A stretch of DNA of 64,000 nucleotides from contig JAAILG010000017.1 in the NCBI GenBank assembly GCA_012026655.1, forward strand, positions 62,001-126,000, in the 5' to 3' direction. This document shows positions 62,703 through 64,000 of the stretch, one piece after another (position 1 is the first letter of the stretch; every line of letters starts with the position of its first letter). Position numbers and translations under genes: made by a program. This stretch comes from Hydrolagus affinis (taxonomy: Eukaryota). The notes beneath the pieces are model-generated. The model searched no databases and had not been told where the DNA came from. It worked only from the letters and a program-made list of their open reading frames with translations.

Positions 62703-64000
62703 TACTATACCAAAATATGTTGTTTTGAAGGAGTATAAATTCATTGGCATGCTACCAAATAGATGTGTATCGTGTGCAATAGGTTAGATGAATGTTTTCT
62801 TGCTTCCTAATTCTGTCATCTAAGTCCCAACATGAAATGGATTTGGGCAGTTCCAATCTGGTTACTGGTAGGAATGCATAATAACATCCAAAATGAACCC
62901 CAGAAAACCCCAAAACCTTTAGTCGACCTGCTTCCAAATCAGGACTAAATTTAAGAATGTTGTGCCATTTACCATTTTAAGGCTAAAACCACGAACGAGG
63001 TGATGCAGGCCTTTCATTGGTAAACTCAGACAGAGAAAGAATAAGGAAATGACAACATACACACCGGTGTAATACTGCTGCACTCTATTGTGTTTAAAGC
63101 TCCAAATCTTAAGTGCTCTTGTGTTGTCCAATAGAAAATGCAAGAATGTTCAAGCGATGATTTTTAATGTTATGGTGATGGTTGCACGTGTGTAGAATTC
63201 TCAAATCCTATTTTAGCTCTTTAGTACCAAATGTAATGTGAAGTATATATCTGCTGTGCGTTTCACATTGCTCAAACCGCTCGAGGAGTTCTTCGCCAGT
63301 GGGTACAAACACAGCATCAAAGAGCTGAGGAATAATGAAACTCTCCCTTTGGCATGTATGTTGAAGTGTCAATTACTATCAGCGTCAAACTCTCAACGGT
63401 GAAGACATTGCTGAGGACGGCAATTTGGAGCTATGGAGTCCATTTGAGCTCCAACTGAAATCTGTTAGATCTCCAAGCCAGACAGGATTCCTGATTCAGA
63501 GCCAAGTCGTTAGAATCCAGATCCTGGGGTCAGGCTTTTCTTCAATCTGATGCTAAAGTCTGGGCTCATGCAGGTTTGCCTGATACTTCTTCATGTTAAG
63601 CGAGTAATGTGCAAAGTGTTGTGGTTGATAATGCGAGTAACTATTTACATGAACTGTGATTATAGGTTGAGTTATTAGCTCCCACTACATTATTCCCACT
63701 ACATGTGAATAATGGATTTTTTGGATTAATGGATCAAATGATGAACTAGCTGAGTGCTTATTATTGCAACACATCTGTAGACTTGGTCAGTTTGCTTGTC
63801 CACAATCATACATTATAGCTGATTCTGGCAGTGTACCAGCTGCTTATCATATTGAAGTAAGATTATTAAAGACAACAATATAAAGCGTGATGACCTGCTA
63901 TTTGTTTCAGCAAATCCTAAAAACCTGCCGAGGTAGGTGTACTAAATGAAAGCTACTGTAGATAGCTGACAGTAAACAAAATAAAACATTTTGTTATCAC

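Overview
Eukaryotic (vertebrate) genomic DNA, most likely a cartilaginous fish and possibly a holocephalan. This is inferred only from the repeat landscape and compact introns. The + strand carries the last 14 coding exons of the P4-ATPase ATP9A (4117-20898; 545 aa plus stop when spliced, all GT-AG, phases consistent) and its 3' UTR. After an intergenic stretch comes the 5' half of NFATC2. NFATC2 has two alternative first coding exons that the ORF track missed (39239-39299 and 49238-49340), the large regulatory exon 2 (51635-52658) and Rel-homology exons 3 and 4 (54558-54720, 62113-62315), and it continues past the window end. The ATP9A-NFATC2 order matches the mammalian SALL4-ATP9A-NFATC2 block. 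Non-coding DNA is dense with one young tRNA-derived SINE family, L2 and CR1 LINE 3' ends, older Deu-domain and AmnSINE2-like SINE relics, and microsatellites. The most unusual items are a 136-bp insertion with a 13-bp target-site duplication and a minimal hammerhead-ribozyme fold (33371-33506, with a second degraded copy near 3035-3136), inverted SINE pairs bracketing exons, and a degenerate ~46-bp tandem array. I found no convincing wholly new gene system. Almost all other ORFs in the track are spurious or repeat-derived. Repeat coordinates are approximate, and repeat family names come from recalled consensus motifs rather than database searches.
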